64,000 nt of DNA, from the NCBI GenBank assembly GCA_041666745.1, contig JBAYGI010000001.1, forward strand, positions 91,095 to 155,094, written 5' to 3'. Within the stretch, counting starts at the first letter, position 1. Each line of letters starts with the position of its first letter. The notes beneath the pieces were generated by a model. That model did not search any database. It was not told where the DNA came from and worked only from the letters and a program-made list of their open reading frames with translations. The translations under genes were made by a program, and so were the position numbers. Of this stretch, positions 40,544 to 49,634 are shown piece by piece. The stretch comes from Candidatus Magasanikiibacteriota bacterium (GTDB lineage Bacteria > Patescibacteriota > Patescibacteriia > Magasanikbacterales > GWA2-37-8).

Positions 40544-40636
40544 AAAACCGCCTGTCGTCTAAAAGTTCAAATGTTTGAACGCTTAGACATGTGCAGGCGG
40601 TTTTTAATTACCTCCATGTCTTTCCCCGGGGCCAAA
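40544..40636. repeat. 93-bp direct repeat, copy 2
   Basis: Identical to 39854-39946 (offset 690 bp). Confidence 0.92.
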
Positions 40637-40725
40637 TGCCGCGACCGGGGATGTCGGATGTCATTTTTATCCTCCTGTTCTGCCCTTGAGAGTAGCGCGC
40701 TCACACGGTGGTGCAGATGGAGTTG

Positions 40726-40923
40726 CTACTCCCGTCTGCCAGAGTGTTGAGCGTACGTGATCATGGCGAAAGCACATACGATTGCGGATCCAGCTCCAGG
40801 TGCGGATATCCACACCATCGGAATGGCGGGGTAGATTGAGTGGAACAGCATCGCACAGATCGCTATCAGCATCATCCAGATGCTACACATCAATGTTATG
40901 ACGATCCTCTGAAACGTAGTCAT
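40726..40923 (-). CDS. Small 2-TM protein, 65 aa (GC-rich cassette 2)
   Basis: GAGGG before ATG; two hydrophobic segments; leader homologous to that of cassette 1. Confidence 0.7.
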   Translation of the reverse strand: MTTFQRIVITLMCSIWMMLIAICAMLFHSIYPAIPMVWISAPGAGSAIVCAFAMITYAQHSGRRE

Positions 40924-41070
40924 TTTGACCCTCTTTTGCCTGCCCGCTGGTCAATATTCGTGCGTTATGCACAAGATACGGCCAAAGCGGGACTTCGCAT
41001 CATACCACACAAACGGGGGGGCGTCAAGGGGGTGGTGTGAAAAAAACAATTTTTGTGGTATAATATCCCC

Positions 41071-44022
41071 ATGCAATATATCCGCTGGTTTAAAGACCTA
41101 ACAATCAGGGATATATCTTTTGTGGGCGGGAAAAATGCGTCGCTCGGAGAGATGTATTCCAAACTTACCAAAAAGGGTGTACCAATACCAAATGGTTTTG
41201 CGTTGACCAGCGAAGCGTATTTTAAATTTCTCAAAGAAAATAATTTGGATAAAAAGATAAAAGAGATTTTGAAAAATTTGGATGTAAAAAATGTGCATGC
41301 GCTTTCGGTTGCCGGCAGTAAAGTTCGCCAGATGATTTTATCCGCTACTTTTCCAAAAGATATCGCGAATGAAATAAAAATCGCGTATAAGGATCTGAGT
41401 AAAAAAAGTAAACGCGCCAATGTGGACACTGCAGTGCGATCCTCCGCCACGGCCGAAGATTTACCCGATGCCAGTTTTGCCGGACAACAAGAAACATATT
41501 TGAATGTTCGTGGTGAAAAAGAAATTTTGATTGCTTGTAAAAAATGTATTTCATCGCTGTTTACCGATCGCGCGATTTCTTATCGCGAGGCCAAAGGTTA
41601 CGACCATATGTCCATCGCGCTATCTGTCGGTGTGCAAGAAATGGTACGCAGTGACCTTGGTGCTTCCGGCGTGATGTTTACATTAGACACCGAATCCGGT
41701 TTTCGCGGGGTGGTTTTGATAAATGCTTCGTATGGTTTGGGTGAATATGTGGTCAAGGGTCAGGTAACACCGGATCAGTTTTATGTTTTTAAAGATGGAA
41801 TAAAAAATGGATATAAATCTATTATCAGCAGAAAATTGGGGAGTAAAGAAGTGAAATTAGTATATGGAAAAATTGGTACTAAGCAAGAAAAAGTTTTGGT
41901 GTCTGACCAAAAACAATATTGTTTGACCGACGATGAAATTATTCAACTTTCCAAATGGGGTGTGCAAATCGAAGAACACTATGGCCATCCGATGGATATT
42001 GAATGGGCGAAAGATGGAAACACCGGAAAATTATACATCGTGCAGGCGCGCGGTGAGACCGTGAAATCGCAAGCGAAAATTACTGCCATTGAAACATATA
42101 TTTTACAAAGAAAAGGAGAAATTTTGGTAGAGGGTGTAAGTGTCGGGCAGAAAATCGGGCAGGGGAAAGCTCATGTCATCACTTCACCAAAACAAATGAA
42201 GGATTTCAAAGCTGGAGAAGTTTTGGTAACTAGAATTACTGATCCGGATTGGGAACCGGTAATGCGTATCGCCAGCGCAATTGTTACCGAGCAGGGTGGT
42301 AAAACATCTCACGCCGCGATCGTGTCGCGTGAATTGGGAGTGCCGTGTATAGTCGGCGCCGCCAAAGCGCGACAGTTGATAAAAAACACTCAAGAAATTA
42401 CTGTGTCTTGTGCCGAAGGTGAAGTAGGTTATATTTATAAAGGACGTTTGCCTTTTAGTGTAGAACGTACTGAACTGAAAAATTTACCACAAACCAAAAC
42501 CAAAATAATGATAAATGCCGGCAATCCGGACAACGCCTTTGCTCTGTCGGCCATTCCTAGCGATGGCATCGGGTTGGCGCGCGAAGAATTTATTTTTACA
42601 AATTTTATCAAAATTCATCCTCTGGCTCTGGTGCATTTTAAAGATATAAAAGATAAACAGGTAAGAGCAAAAATCGAATCACTGACCGTAGGTTATAAGG
42701 ATAAAACTCAATATTTGGTAGACAAACTCGCCGAAGGTATTGCTTTTTTGGCGGCGGCTTTTCATCCACATGATGTGATCGTGCGTTTGTCGGATTTCAA
42801 AACCAACGAATACGCTACTTTAATCGGTGGAAAAGATTTTGAACCGCACGAAGAAAACCCGATGCTCGGTTGGCGTGGAGCGAGTCGCTATTATGATCCA
42901 AAATACAAACCCGGATTCAAATTGGAATGCGCGGCCATCAAAAAAGCGCGTGAGGTTTGGGGATTAAAAAATATTATTGTCATGGTACCATTTTGTCGCA
43001 CGGTAGAGGAAGGCAAAAAAGTATTGGAAACCATGAAAGAATTTCATTTAGAGCGTGGCAAAGATGGTTTGCAAGTCTATGTGATGTGCGAGATTCCATC
43101 CAATGTAATTTTGGCCAAAGAATTTTCGCAGATTTTTGATGGATTTTCTATCGGTAGTAATGATTTGACCCAGCTCACTTTGGGGGTGGACAGAGATTCT
43201 TCGCTGGTGTCACATGTGTATGATGAAAATAACGCGGCGGTAAAAATATTAATTCGTCAAGTAATTCAGGTAGCGCATCAATACAAACGCAAAGTTGGAA
43301 TTTGTGGACAAGCGCCAAGTGACTATCCGGAGTTTGCGGAATTTTTGGTACAGGAGGGGATAGATAGTATTTCTCTCAATCCCGATACCGCCCTGAAAAC
43401 TCGCACCCGTATCGCGGCGATGGAAAAGAAATTGGGGAAAAGTAAAGGCGGTATACTCAAAGCGACGATGGCGGCCAAGTCACTATTGGTTTTGGGCGTG
43501 GTTGGTTTGACCTCAATATTGGGTGGGTATGGTTGTCAAACAATAAACAATCAAACTGTATCAGACAATCTCAAAGCCAGTATGCAACAACAAGTATTGG
43601 AAATGAAGGCGCAGTTGCGTCAAGAAATTACCAACGAACTTGCCAAACAATTACCAACAGAATCAACTTACAGCGACGATAGTTTTGTAAAAATTAAATT
43701 AAAATATCCAAATAGTTGGCAAACCAATCGTTGGGAGGACGGTGTGAAATTTTCAAATTCCGACGAGTCAGAATATTTGATGGTGTTTGTCCAAAAGATG
43801 GGCCATCCGATACCCGAAGAAAAAATCACGACTACTACTTGGAATAATTATCCAGCCAAACGCTTGACAGACGCTAATCAAAAAGATGGCACACCATATG
43901 AGGTGTTAGAAATTTATCCACTTGGATACAAAAAAACCAAAGAAATAATCGAGTTGCGCGGTGACCCAAAAACGTTTGAGGGTAGTTTGAAAAAGATCGA
44001 AGAATTTACAGTGCCGAAATAA
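41071..44022 (+). CDS. ppsA: Phosphoenolpyruvate synthase with a C-terminal membrane/lipoprotein-like extension
   Basis: VGGKNASLGEM, AVRSSATAEDLPDASFAGQQET, GGKTSHAAIVSRELG, MCEIPSN, FSIGSNDLTQ; ~190 extra residues after the PK-like domain. Confidence 0.93.
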   Translation: MQYIRWFKDLTIRDISFVGGKNASLGEMYSKLTKKGVPIPNGFALTSEAYFKFLKENNLDKKIKEILKNLDVKNVHALSVAGSKVRQMILSATFPKDIANEIKIAYKDLSKKSKRANVDTAVRSSATAEDLPDASFAGQQETYLNVRGEKEILIACKKCISSLFTDRAISYREAKGYDHMSIALSVGVQEMVRSDLGASGVMFTLDTESGFRGVVLINASYGLGEYVVKGQVTPDQFYVFKDGIKNGYKSIISRKLGSKEVKLVYGKIGTKQEKVLVSDQKQYCLTDDEIIQLSKWGVQIEEHYGHPMDIEWAKDGNTGKLYIVQARGETVKSQAKITAIETYILQRKGEILVEGVSVGQKIGQGKAHVITSPKQMKDFKAGEVLVTRITDPDWEPVMRIASAIVTEQGGKTSHAAIVSRELGVPCIVGAAKARQLIKNTQEITVSCAEGEVGYIYKGRLPFSVERTELKNLPQTKTKIMINAGNPDNAFALSAIPSDGIGLAREEFIFTNFIKIHPLALVHFKDIKDKQVRAKIESLTVGYKDKTQYLVDKLAEGIAFLAAAFHPHDVIVRLSDFKTNEYATLIGGKDFEPHEENPMLGWRGASRYYDPKYKPGFKLECAAIKKAREVWGLKNIIVMVPFCRTVEEGKKVLETMKEFHLERGKDGLQVYVMCEIPSNVILAKEFSQIFDGFSIGSNDLTQLTLGVDRDSSLVSHVYDENNAAVKILIRQVIQVAHQYKRKVGICGQAPSDYPEFAEFLVQEGIDSISLNPDTALKTRTRIAAMEKKLGKSKGGILKATMAAKSLLVLGVVGLTSILGGYGCQTINNQTVSDNLKASMQQQVLEMKAQLRQEITNELAKQLPTESTYSDDSFVKIKLKYPNSWQTNRWEDGVKFSNSDESEYLMVFVQKMGHPIPEEKITTTTWNNYPAKRLTDANQKDGTPYEVLEIYPLGYKKTKEIIELRGDPKTFEGSLKKIEEFTVPK

Positions 44023-44034
44023 AAATAAAAAGAT

Positions 44035-44140
44035 AAAAAATCCAGCCAATAACCACCTTTTCGCTTTTTTTGCCCGCGAGGGCAAAAGGATGAGCCTCGG
44101 CTCATAACCCGCTCAAAGGTAATTATTGGCTGGATTTTTT
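44035..44140. repeat. Compound palindromic element, copy 2 (inverted relative to copy 1); probable bidirectional terminator
   Basis: Outer IR AAAAAATCCAGCCAATAA/TTATTGGCTGGATTTTTT; core is the reverse complement of the core of copy 1 (~27562-27618). Confidence 0.75.
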
Positions 44141-44143
44141 GAT

Positions 44144-44416
44144 TTATAGATTACGGTAGATATCGTGTTTTCCGATGGAGATAAATAAAATATCGCCATT
44201 TTGTTGTCTTTCAAATATTATCCGATAGCCACCGGTTATAGAAATAGACCACAACCCCTCAAGTTTTCCATGCAGGGCGTGGAGACGAAGTGATGGGTGC
44301 AATGGGTTATCTTTAAAAATCTTTTCTTTTTTTGCGGCCAAGACCACTAATTCTTTCGGAAGTTTTTTAAGTTCAATTACAAATTTAGAAGAATATAAAA
44401 TTTCTTTTATTATCAT
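44144..44416 (-). CDS. RelE/YafQ-family mRNA interferase toxin
   Basis: YSSKF..ELKKL, P.HPSLRLH.L.GKL.GLWSISI..GYRIIF, IGKHDIY. Confidence 0.88.
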   Translation of the reverse strand: MIIKEILYSSKFVIELKKLPKELVVLAAKKEKIFKDNPLHPSLRLHALHGKLEGLWSISITGGYRIIFERQQNGDILFISIGKHDIYRNL

Positions 44417-44640
44417 ACTAAATCAGCCAACGATTTTGCTTTTATTGATTTTCCCGCGTGATATTCTTTGCGCGCCTCATCTACAGTTTTTAATAATTCG
44501 GATTCAGAAATCAAATCAGAATCTTCTTTGAAAAGATATTTTATATATGAACTAACCGAATTGTATCCGCGCTTTATAGTAAGAAGCTTAATTTGCTTCA
44601 CATCAGTAGCGGGAAGTGAGATGCTGAGAACTTGACGCAT
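44413..44640 (-). CDS. Ribbon-helix-helix antitoxin
   Basis: MRQVLSISLP...SVSSYIKYL; ATGA overlap with the toxin gene. Confidence 0.82.
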   Translation of the reverse strand: MRQVLSISLPATDVKQIKLLTIKRGYNSVSSYIKYLFKEDSDLISESELLKTVDEARKEYHAGKSIKAKSLADLV

Positions 44641-44772
44641 ATGATTTATTTTTAAAATATTATTATATTGTAATTGTAATACAATTGTAATACATTGTCA
44701 AGTTTTTTCAGCTTAATTGGCTAAACTTGACTAAAATAAGTTTTTGCCATATACTATCCTTTGTAAAAACTT

Positions 44773-44846
44773 GGGTCGGTAGTTCAACTGGTTAGAGCAC
44801 TGCCCTGTCACGGCAGAAGTTGCGGGTTCGAGTCCCGTCCGACCCG
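44773..44846 (+). tRNA. tRNA-Asp(GTC), no encoded CCA; integration target
   Basis: GGGTCGG/CCGACCC acceptor stem, CTGCC-CT-GTC-AC-GGCAG anticodon arm, TTCGAGT T-loop. Confidence 0.95.
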
Positions 44847-46421
44847 CAGTTCGCAACGAAGTGAGTTTAAACGCTCACTTTTTGCTTTTGTTAAGGGTAA
44901 TTTGTCCAGTTCGAGCGTGATATATTTCTGCTCAATAGGTTTTATATAATTTTCGGTTGCAATTAACCATTTCTTCGGCTCAATAACGAGTTTTCTGTCT
45001 TTTAATTGTTGGTTCGAGCCTAATCGCAAAAGTATCTCTCTTTTGTCTTTTTCAGTTGCTTTTTTAAAGTTAGCTCGGGCTTGTATAGCAAATTTAATTT
45101 CTTCCGTTAAATTGTCGTTTTCGATACCATGTTTTTTGATTTCAACTACTTTTTGCGTGAGTTTAACAATTTCTTTTTCGTATTCGTTTTTTTGTGTGGT
45201 GTATTCGTCATCGGACAACAAGCCCTTGCAACTTAATTTTGTTAAATTACTTTTTTCCAACTTTACTTTGGTAACATTTTCTTCCAAATTTTTAATCACA
45301 TTTTGTTTTTCGTTAGGGTTGGTTTTTTCGTCTTTATCTAACATCTCAAAAAACAATTCTTTAAACTTTGGCCTAAACTCATATTTGGCGAGCATGGTAT
45401 CAATTTGTTTTTCCAATCCTTTTACCTCAATCGCTGGCTGTTCGCACTTGTATGACGGCTTTTTATGCGTACAACGATAATATGTATAGCTGGCTTGCTT
45501 ACCAGTGGTTTTAATTATTTTATTCTTCTGGTCGGCACAAACTAAACACCCACAATCGGCACAGCGAATTATTCCAGAATAGGCAAAATCATGCGTTCGT
45601 TTTCTCGGCTTTCCGTTATGGCCTAATAACATTTGTATGCGGTCGTATTCTTCCAAGTTTATCATCGCTTTGTGTTTGCCTTGCTTTTGCAAGCCATTAT
45701 ATTCGATAATGCCAGCGTAAAAAATGTTAGTAAACATTCTGTACAGTGAAGCTCTAGCCAATTTACCACTTTTATTTTTTCTTGTTGCCTTTGGCTTAAA
45801 ATTCCATTCATTGTTTAACTTGTCCAAAACTGCGGGAACAGAATAATTGCCCGAGAGCATTAAATCAAACGCTTTGCGAATTGTTTTAAATCTTTCGTCA
45901 TCTATTTCAATCGTACTCAAGCCGATATTTCTAACATTCACATAACCATTCGGACACATATTTGGTTGCCAACCCATTTGATATTTTTTCTCTAACCCAC
46001 GCCGAACATCCTTGCCTAATTTTGAAGAAAAGTATTGCGACTGGCTTAACGCCATTTGCAACATCATTATGCCCTCGGGGGAGTTATCGAAGTTGTACGA
46101 GCCAAATTTGAGGTCGTGGATAACACCAGTACGGACTAGGTAAGTAACTGTTGAAGCGTCAATTTCGTTTCGGCTTAATCGGTCTGGGTGCCACGCAATC
46201 ACTCCAGTGGCCTCGCCTTTGCGTATTCTTTTGATCATGTTCTCAAACACTGGTCTTTCGTATGGGCTAAAAGCCGAGTGTTTTTCCTCCAGTATTTCCA
46301 CAATATCCACATTACCAAAAAGTTCTTTAACTTTATCAATTTGGCTACTAATGGATAATGCTTGCCTTTCTTCGCCTTCGCTCGATTTCCGAACATAGGC
46401 AAAAAATTTAGTTGATTTCAT
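44808..46421 (-). CDS. Large serine recombinase (integrase); C-terminus runs antisense into tRNA-Asp
   Basis: YVRKSSE...Q..SI..Q, SAF...RP.F, DRLSRN, recombinase domain, CADCG...YYRC Zn ribbon, coiled coil; ends VGRDSNPQLLP encoded by tRNA antisense. Confidence 0.92.
   Translation of the reverse strand: MKSTKFFAYVRKSSEGEERQALSISSQIDKVKELFGNVDIVEILEEKHSAFSPYERPVFENMIKRIRKGEATGVIAWHPDRLSRNEIDASTVTYLVRTGVIHDLKFGSYNFDNSPEGIMMLQMALSQSQYFSSKLGKDVRRGLEKKYQMGWQPNMCPNGYVNVRNIGLSTIEIDDERFKTIRKAFDLMLSGNYSVPAVLDKLNNEWNFKPKATRKNKSGKLARASLYRMFTNIFYAGIIEYNGLQKQGKHKAMINLEEYDRIQMLLGHNGKPRKRTHDFAYSGIIRCADCGCLVCADQKNKIIKTTGKQASYTYYRCTHKKPSYKCEQPAIEVKGLEKQIDTMLAKYEFRPKFKELFFEMLDKDEKTNPNEKQNVIKNLEENVTKVKLEKSNLTKLSCKGLLSDDEYTTQKNEYEKEIVKLTQKVVEIKKHGIENDNLTEEIKFAIQARANFKKATEKDKREILLRLGSNQQLKDRKLVIEPKKWLIATENYIKPIEQKYITLELDKLPLTKAKSERLNSLRCELRVGRDSNPQLLP
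44844..44912 (+). repeat. Left junction (attL-like): core CCGC plus right arm
   Basis: 69 bp with one mismatch to 52852-52920; first ~30 bp also similar to 52168-52200. Confidence 0.85.
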
Positions 46422-46582
46422 AATGAAAATGATTAAAAACAAAAAAGGACAGCCCTGGCTTACCCAACACAAATAGCCAAGAAGACTATTTCATCGGACA
46501 GGACTGCCCATCTCTGGTATGAAAATAAAAGAGTCTTCTTTTACGGCATTTTGAATTGTGTTGAGTAAGCCCTCATATAGTA

Positions 46583-46765
46583 TCAATTTTCTTTGCTCAA
46601 TTCAAGAGCGTGTATATCCTGTTTACTCACAGGTCTTAATAGTATTTTTCCAAGGACGAACATGTCCATACATTCTGCATACGCTTTTTCGTAGCTCAAT
46701 TTCTCATGAAATTCCGCCTCGTAGATCATCTGGAATTTCAGGACAAAATTGTCCGTTAATTGCAT
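46583..46765 (-). CDS. Small hypothetical protein between rep and the recombinase
   Basis: 60 aa, MQLTDNFVLKFQMIYEAEFHEKLSYEKAY; co-oriented with rep and the integrase. Confidence 0.65.
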   Translation of the reverse strand: MQLTDNFVLKFQMIYEAEFHEKLSYEKAYAECMDMFVLGKILLRPVSKQDIHALELSKEN

Positions 46766-46810
46766 ACCGTTTTGTGTTGATGAAAGCCATAAAAATATGT
46801 TTAAACTTAA

Positions 46811-47680
46811 CTAGGAATCTTCTTTAAGAGTGTAGGCGGAATATTCCACCTTTCCAGTGTATTCACTGGTAAATATTTTTTCAAAGATCGGTTTAATGGT
46901 CGGCTTAACAAATCGATTGAAAAAACTAATTGCTTTACCGCCAGTCATTTCAACTGGCTTATTTAATTGTCGAGAACAAAAGAATTTCTTTTTGCCAAAC
47001 ATTCTTTTATCAAACATATCTTTTCCCAAGTATTTGCAGAAGTACGCACCCATATTGGTTACAGTATTCACCTCTCGTATTTTCACAAACCCATTTTTCC
47101 AATACTTCATCGCAAACCGTCTTTCCCACGCAAAGGTATCAACATTGTCGGGCAAGACAATGTTGCACAATAGGTGGTAATGAACAGATCCGCCCTTTTC
47201 TTTCTTGTTGCCGTAATAATCAACATCTTTCTGAAATTCAACGACGGCGATATATTCAAAGGCTGGTTTAGCTCGCAGTATTCGTTTCATGGCGGTGTTA
47301 AACAGGCGATTGGCCTCTAATAGCTCGGTTGTGCTTTCTGCAAAGGTTAGGGTGAGGAATTTACGCAGGTGTGGGTTGGCATTGGTGAGACGGCGAATGT
47401 TGGTTCTAGTACGAGATATGGAAAAGGTGGTTTTTTGATTTTGGGTTTGGTGCAAGTCAGCGACTTCTTGCTCGCAACCCCATTCTTCCACCAATTCCAT
47501 ATATTCAACGTCTTTTTGTTTGGCTTGAGCTTGTTTTTCTTTAATCAGTTCTTTTTGTTCATCGGTTCTATTTTTCTTTCGGGTGTATCCTTTGATTATT
47601 TTCTTTGTTTTATACACATACACCTCGATTTCTTTACCAGACTTTATTAGTTTAAAGTCATACAGTTCAATCATAGGCAT
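46811..47680 (-). CDS. Rolling-circle replication initiator (HUH endonuclease)
   Basis: Motif I FLTLTF, motif II VHYHLL, motif III YFCKY; W.NGFV. Confidence 0.85.
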   Translation of the reverse strand: MPMIELYDFKLIKSGKEIEVYVYKTKKIIKGYTRKKNRTDEQKELIKEKQAQAKQKDVEYMELVEEWGCEQEVADLHQTQNQKTTFSISRTRTNIRRLTNANPHLRKFLTLTFAESTTELLEANRLFNTAMKRILRAKPAFEYIAVVEFQKDVDYYGNKKEKGGSVHYHLLCNIVLPDNVDTFAWERRFAMKYWKNGFVKIREVNTVTNMGAYFCKYLGKDMFDKRMFGKKKFFCSRQLNKPVEMTGGKAISFFNRFVKPTIKPIFEKIFTSEYTGKVEYSAYTLKEDS

Positions 47681-47839
47681 GATGTTGTTAAAAGAGCGGA
47701 TTACAATAGTAGCCTCATTCTGCGGTTAAATGTGTGCTTATAATCTAGTTAATGAGGCTAAACAGATTTATGTCAGTGCACAGGCCTGATACACTAACAA
47801 CGGGAATCTTTGTTTTCTCTTTTCTCCTTGGCAGGCAGC

Positions 47840-47875
47840 CAGTTTTTCGGGCGGGGCAACCGCCCGAAAAAACTG
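47840..47875. other. GC-rich hairpin upstream of rep; candidate double-strand origin
   Basis: CAGTTTTTCGGGCGG-GGCAA-CCGCCCGAAAAAACTG. Confidence 0.45.
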
Positions 47876-48011
47876 ATCTGCACTGTACCCAAAGGTGGAA
47901 AGTAGATATAAAACAAAACACCTCCCTTAGTAGGGGGTGCAATCCTTCCCGAGCACAAATACAGTAGTATGTTCCGAGCGTTATATAATAGTTTCTCATC
48001 GGAACATTGTT

Positions 48012-48040
48012 ATTATACTCTAATTTTTTAGAGTTGTCAA
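48012..48040 (-). promoter_or_regulatory. Consensus sigma70 promoter for the rep-integrase unit, with a palindromic spacer
   Basis: TTGACA-17-TATAAT; spacer overlaps the palindrome ACTCTAA-TTTT-TTAGAGT. Confidence 0.65.
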
Positions 48041-48131
48041 AGTTCGATAATAATGATTATGTGCGTTGTTAAAACTGGCAAATATAATGGAAATAATGTA
48101 TACTTTACGTTAAGTAAAAGATCGCTGTGTT

Positions 48132-48929
48132 ATGCCAATTTTTAACGACTTAAATTTAAACGACTGGAAAAACTCGGAAATATGGACAGATAGTCTGTGG
48201 ATTATTTCAGAGAGGGACAAGTCGGGGAAACATAGTGGTTTTTACCATGGAAATTTTGTTCCACAAATACCACGGCAGTTAATTTTGAGATACAGCAAGA
48301 AAAACGAGGTAATTTTTGATCCATTTGTTGGAAGTGGTACAACCGCTTTTGAGGCGGAAACCTTGGGAAGAAATTTTATTGGTGTAGATATACAAAAAAC
48401 ACTTGTTGAGCAACTAAAAGAAAAAGTTGATAATAAAAAATATTTTTCAGAAATTGTTTTAGGTGATAGTTCCAAAGACGAAACATTTGACGAAGTCAAA
48501 GATATACTAAAAAAACACAAAAAGAAGAATATCGGTTTAGCGATTCTTCATCCGCCTTATGCCGATATTATAAAATTTAGTAATTTAAAAGGTGATCTTT
48601 CCAATACTAAAACTCTAAAAGAATTTTTAAATGGTTTCGGAGTGATTTTGAAAAATACGGTATCTATACTAGAAAAAGGTCATTATTTAGCCATAGTTAT
48701 GGGTGATAAATACACAAAAGGCCAATGGATTCCGTTGGGATTTTATTGTATGAATGAAGCCCAAAAATTGGGACTAACCTTAAAAAGTGTAATTGTCAAA
48801 AATATGGAGGGTAATAGAGCAAAACAGCACAAAGAAAGCATTTGGCGATACAGAGCATTATCAAGTGATTATTACATTTTTAAACACGAATATATATTTA
48901 TTTTTAAATATGAGCGAGATTCCATTTAA
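48132..48929 (+). CDS. DNA methyltransferase (N4-C/N6-A)
   Basis: HGNFVPQIP, DPFVGSGTT (motif I), ILHPPY (motif IV). Confidence 0.88.
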   Translation: MPIFNDLNLNDWKNSEIWTDSLWIISERDKSGKHSGFYHGNFVPQIPRQLILRYSKKNEVIFDPFVGSGTTAFEAETLGRNFIGVDIQKTLVEQLKEKVDNKKYFSEIVLGDSSKDETFDEVKDILKKHKKKNIGLAILHPPYADIIKFSNLKGDLSNTKTLKEFLNGFGVILKNTVSILEKGHYLAIVMGDKYTKGQWIPLGFYCMNEAQKLGLTLKSVIVKNMEGNRAKQHKESIWRYRALSSDYYIFKHEYIFIFKYERDSI

Positions 48930-49581
48930 ACCAAACACCACATCCTATAAAGATTTTGAGACATTAAGTGATCTAAAATGGCATTGTACTAAATGTGAAT
49001 TAAAATCTGGTCAAGCAAAAACTTGGCAGGTTTGGAGACAAGAAAAAGGCATACAAATGGATGTTGACGCAGATGGAAAGCATGCCGCCAGACTTTTTTG
49101 TAATAAATGTCAGAGCACAACTGTACATCGCAAACTTAAATCATTAGTTATAACTTCGGAAACAAAATCAAGGTCTGGCCTCCCGTCTTCTTTTACTAAC
49201 AAAGTAAAAAATTTATACAAAAATGTAGAGGCAATTTTTTTACGTAAACTTTCCCCTCGCCTTCTAGAAGTTGACCATAAATTTCCACAAGTGCGTTGGG
49301 GCAAGGATGAAGAAAAGAATAGCTCGGAAATGTCAGACGTAGAAATTAAAGAAAAATTTATACTTCTTACTCGTGATAATAATCTACTAAAATCGAGAGA
49401 ATGTGAAAGGTGCTATAAAACTGGAAAACGCGGATGTTTCCCAGGAATTAAATATTGGCATAAAGGAAAAGAAGATTGGGATAAGACGATAGACAAACAC
49501 GATAAAAAGGGGTGCGAAGGTTGTTTTTGGTATGATCCTTATAAATGGCGTGATGAGTTAAACGGTATTGTTAATAAATAA
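48910..49581 (+). CDS. Putative HNH-type restriction endonuclease
   Basis: CTKC, CNKC, EVDHKFP...N..K...CERC, CEGCFW; lies between two methyltransferases. Confidence 0.7.
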   Translation: MSEIPFKPNTTSYKDFETLSDLKWHCTKCELKSGQAKTWQVWRQEKGIQMDVDADGKHAARLFCNKCQSTTVHRKLKSLVITSETKSRSGLPSSFTNKVKNLYKNVEAIFLRKLSPRLLEVDHKFPQVRWGKDEEKNSSEMSDVEIKEKFILLTRDNNLLKSRECERCYKTGKRGCFPGIKYWHKGKEDWDKTIDKHDKKGCEGCFWYDPYKWRDELNGIVNK

Positions 49582-49634
49582 TATGGATGTTGTTAACAAA
49601 ATGCTTGTATTATATTTTCTTCTATGATATGATA

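Noticed and set aside
44144-44640. RelE/RHH pair as part of the integrated element or a novel system
   Set aside because: It lies outside the left junction, upstream of the tRNA, and is an ordinary type II toxin-antitoxin pair.
46811-47680. Inovirus prophage
   Set aside because: The Rep is RCR-type, but no Zot-like morphogenesis ATPase or run of small coat genes lies within the element.
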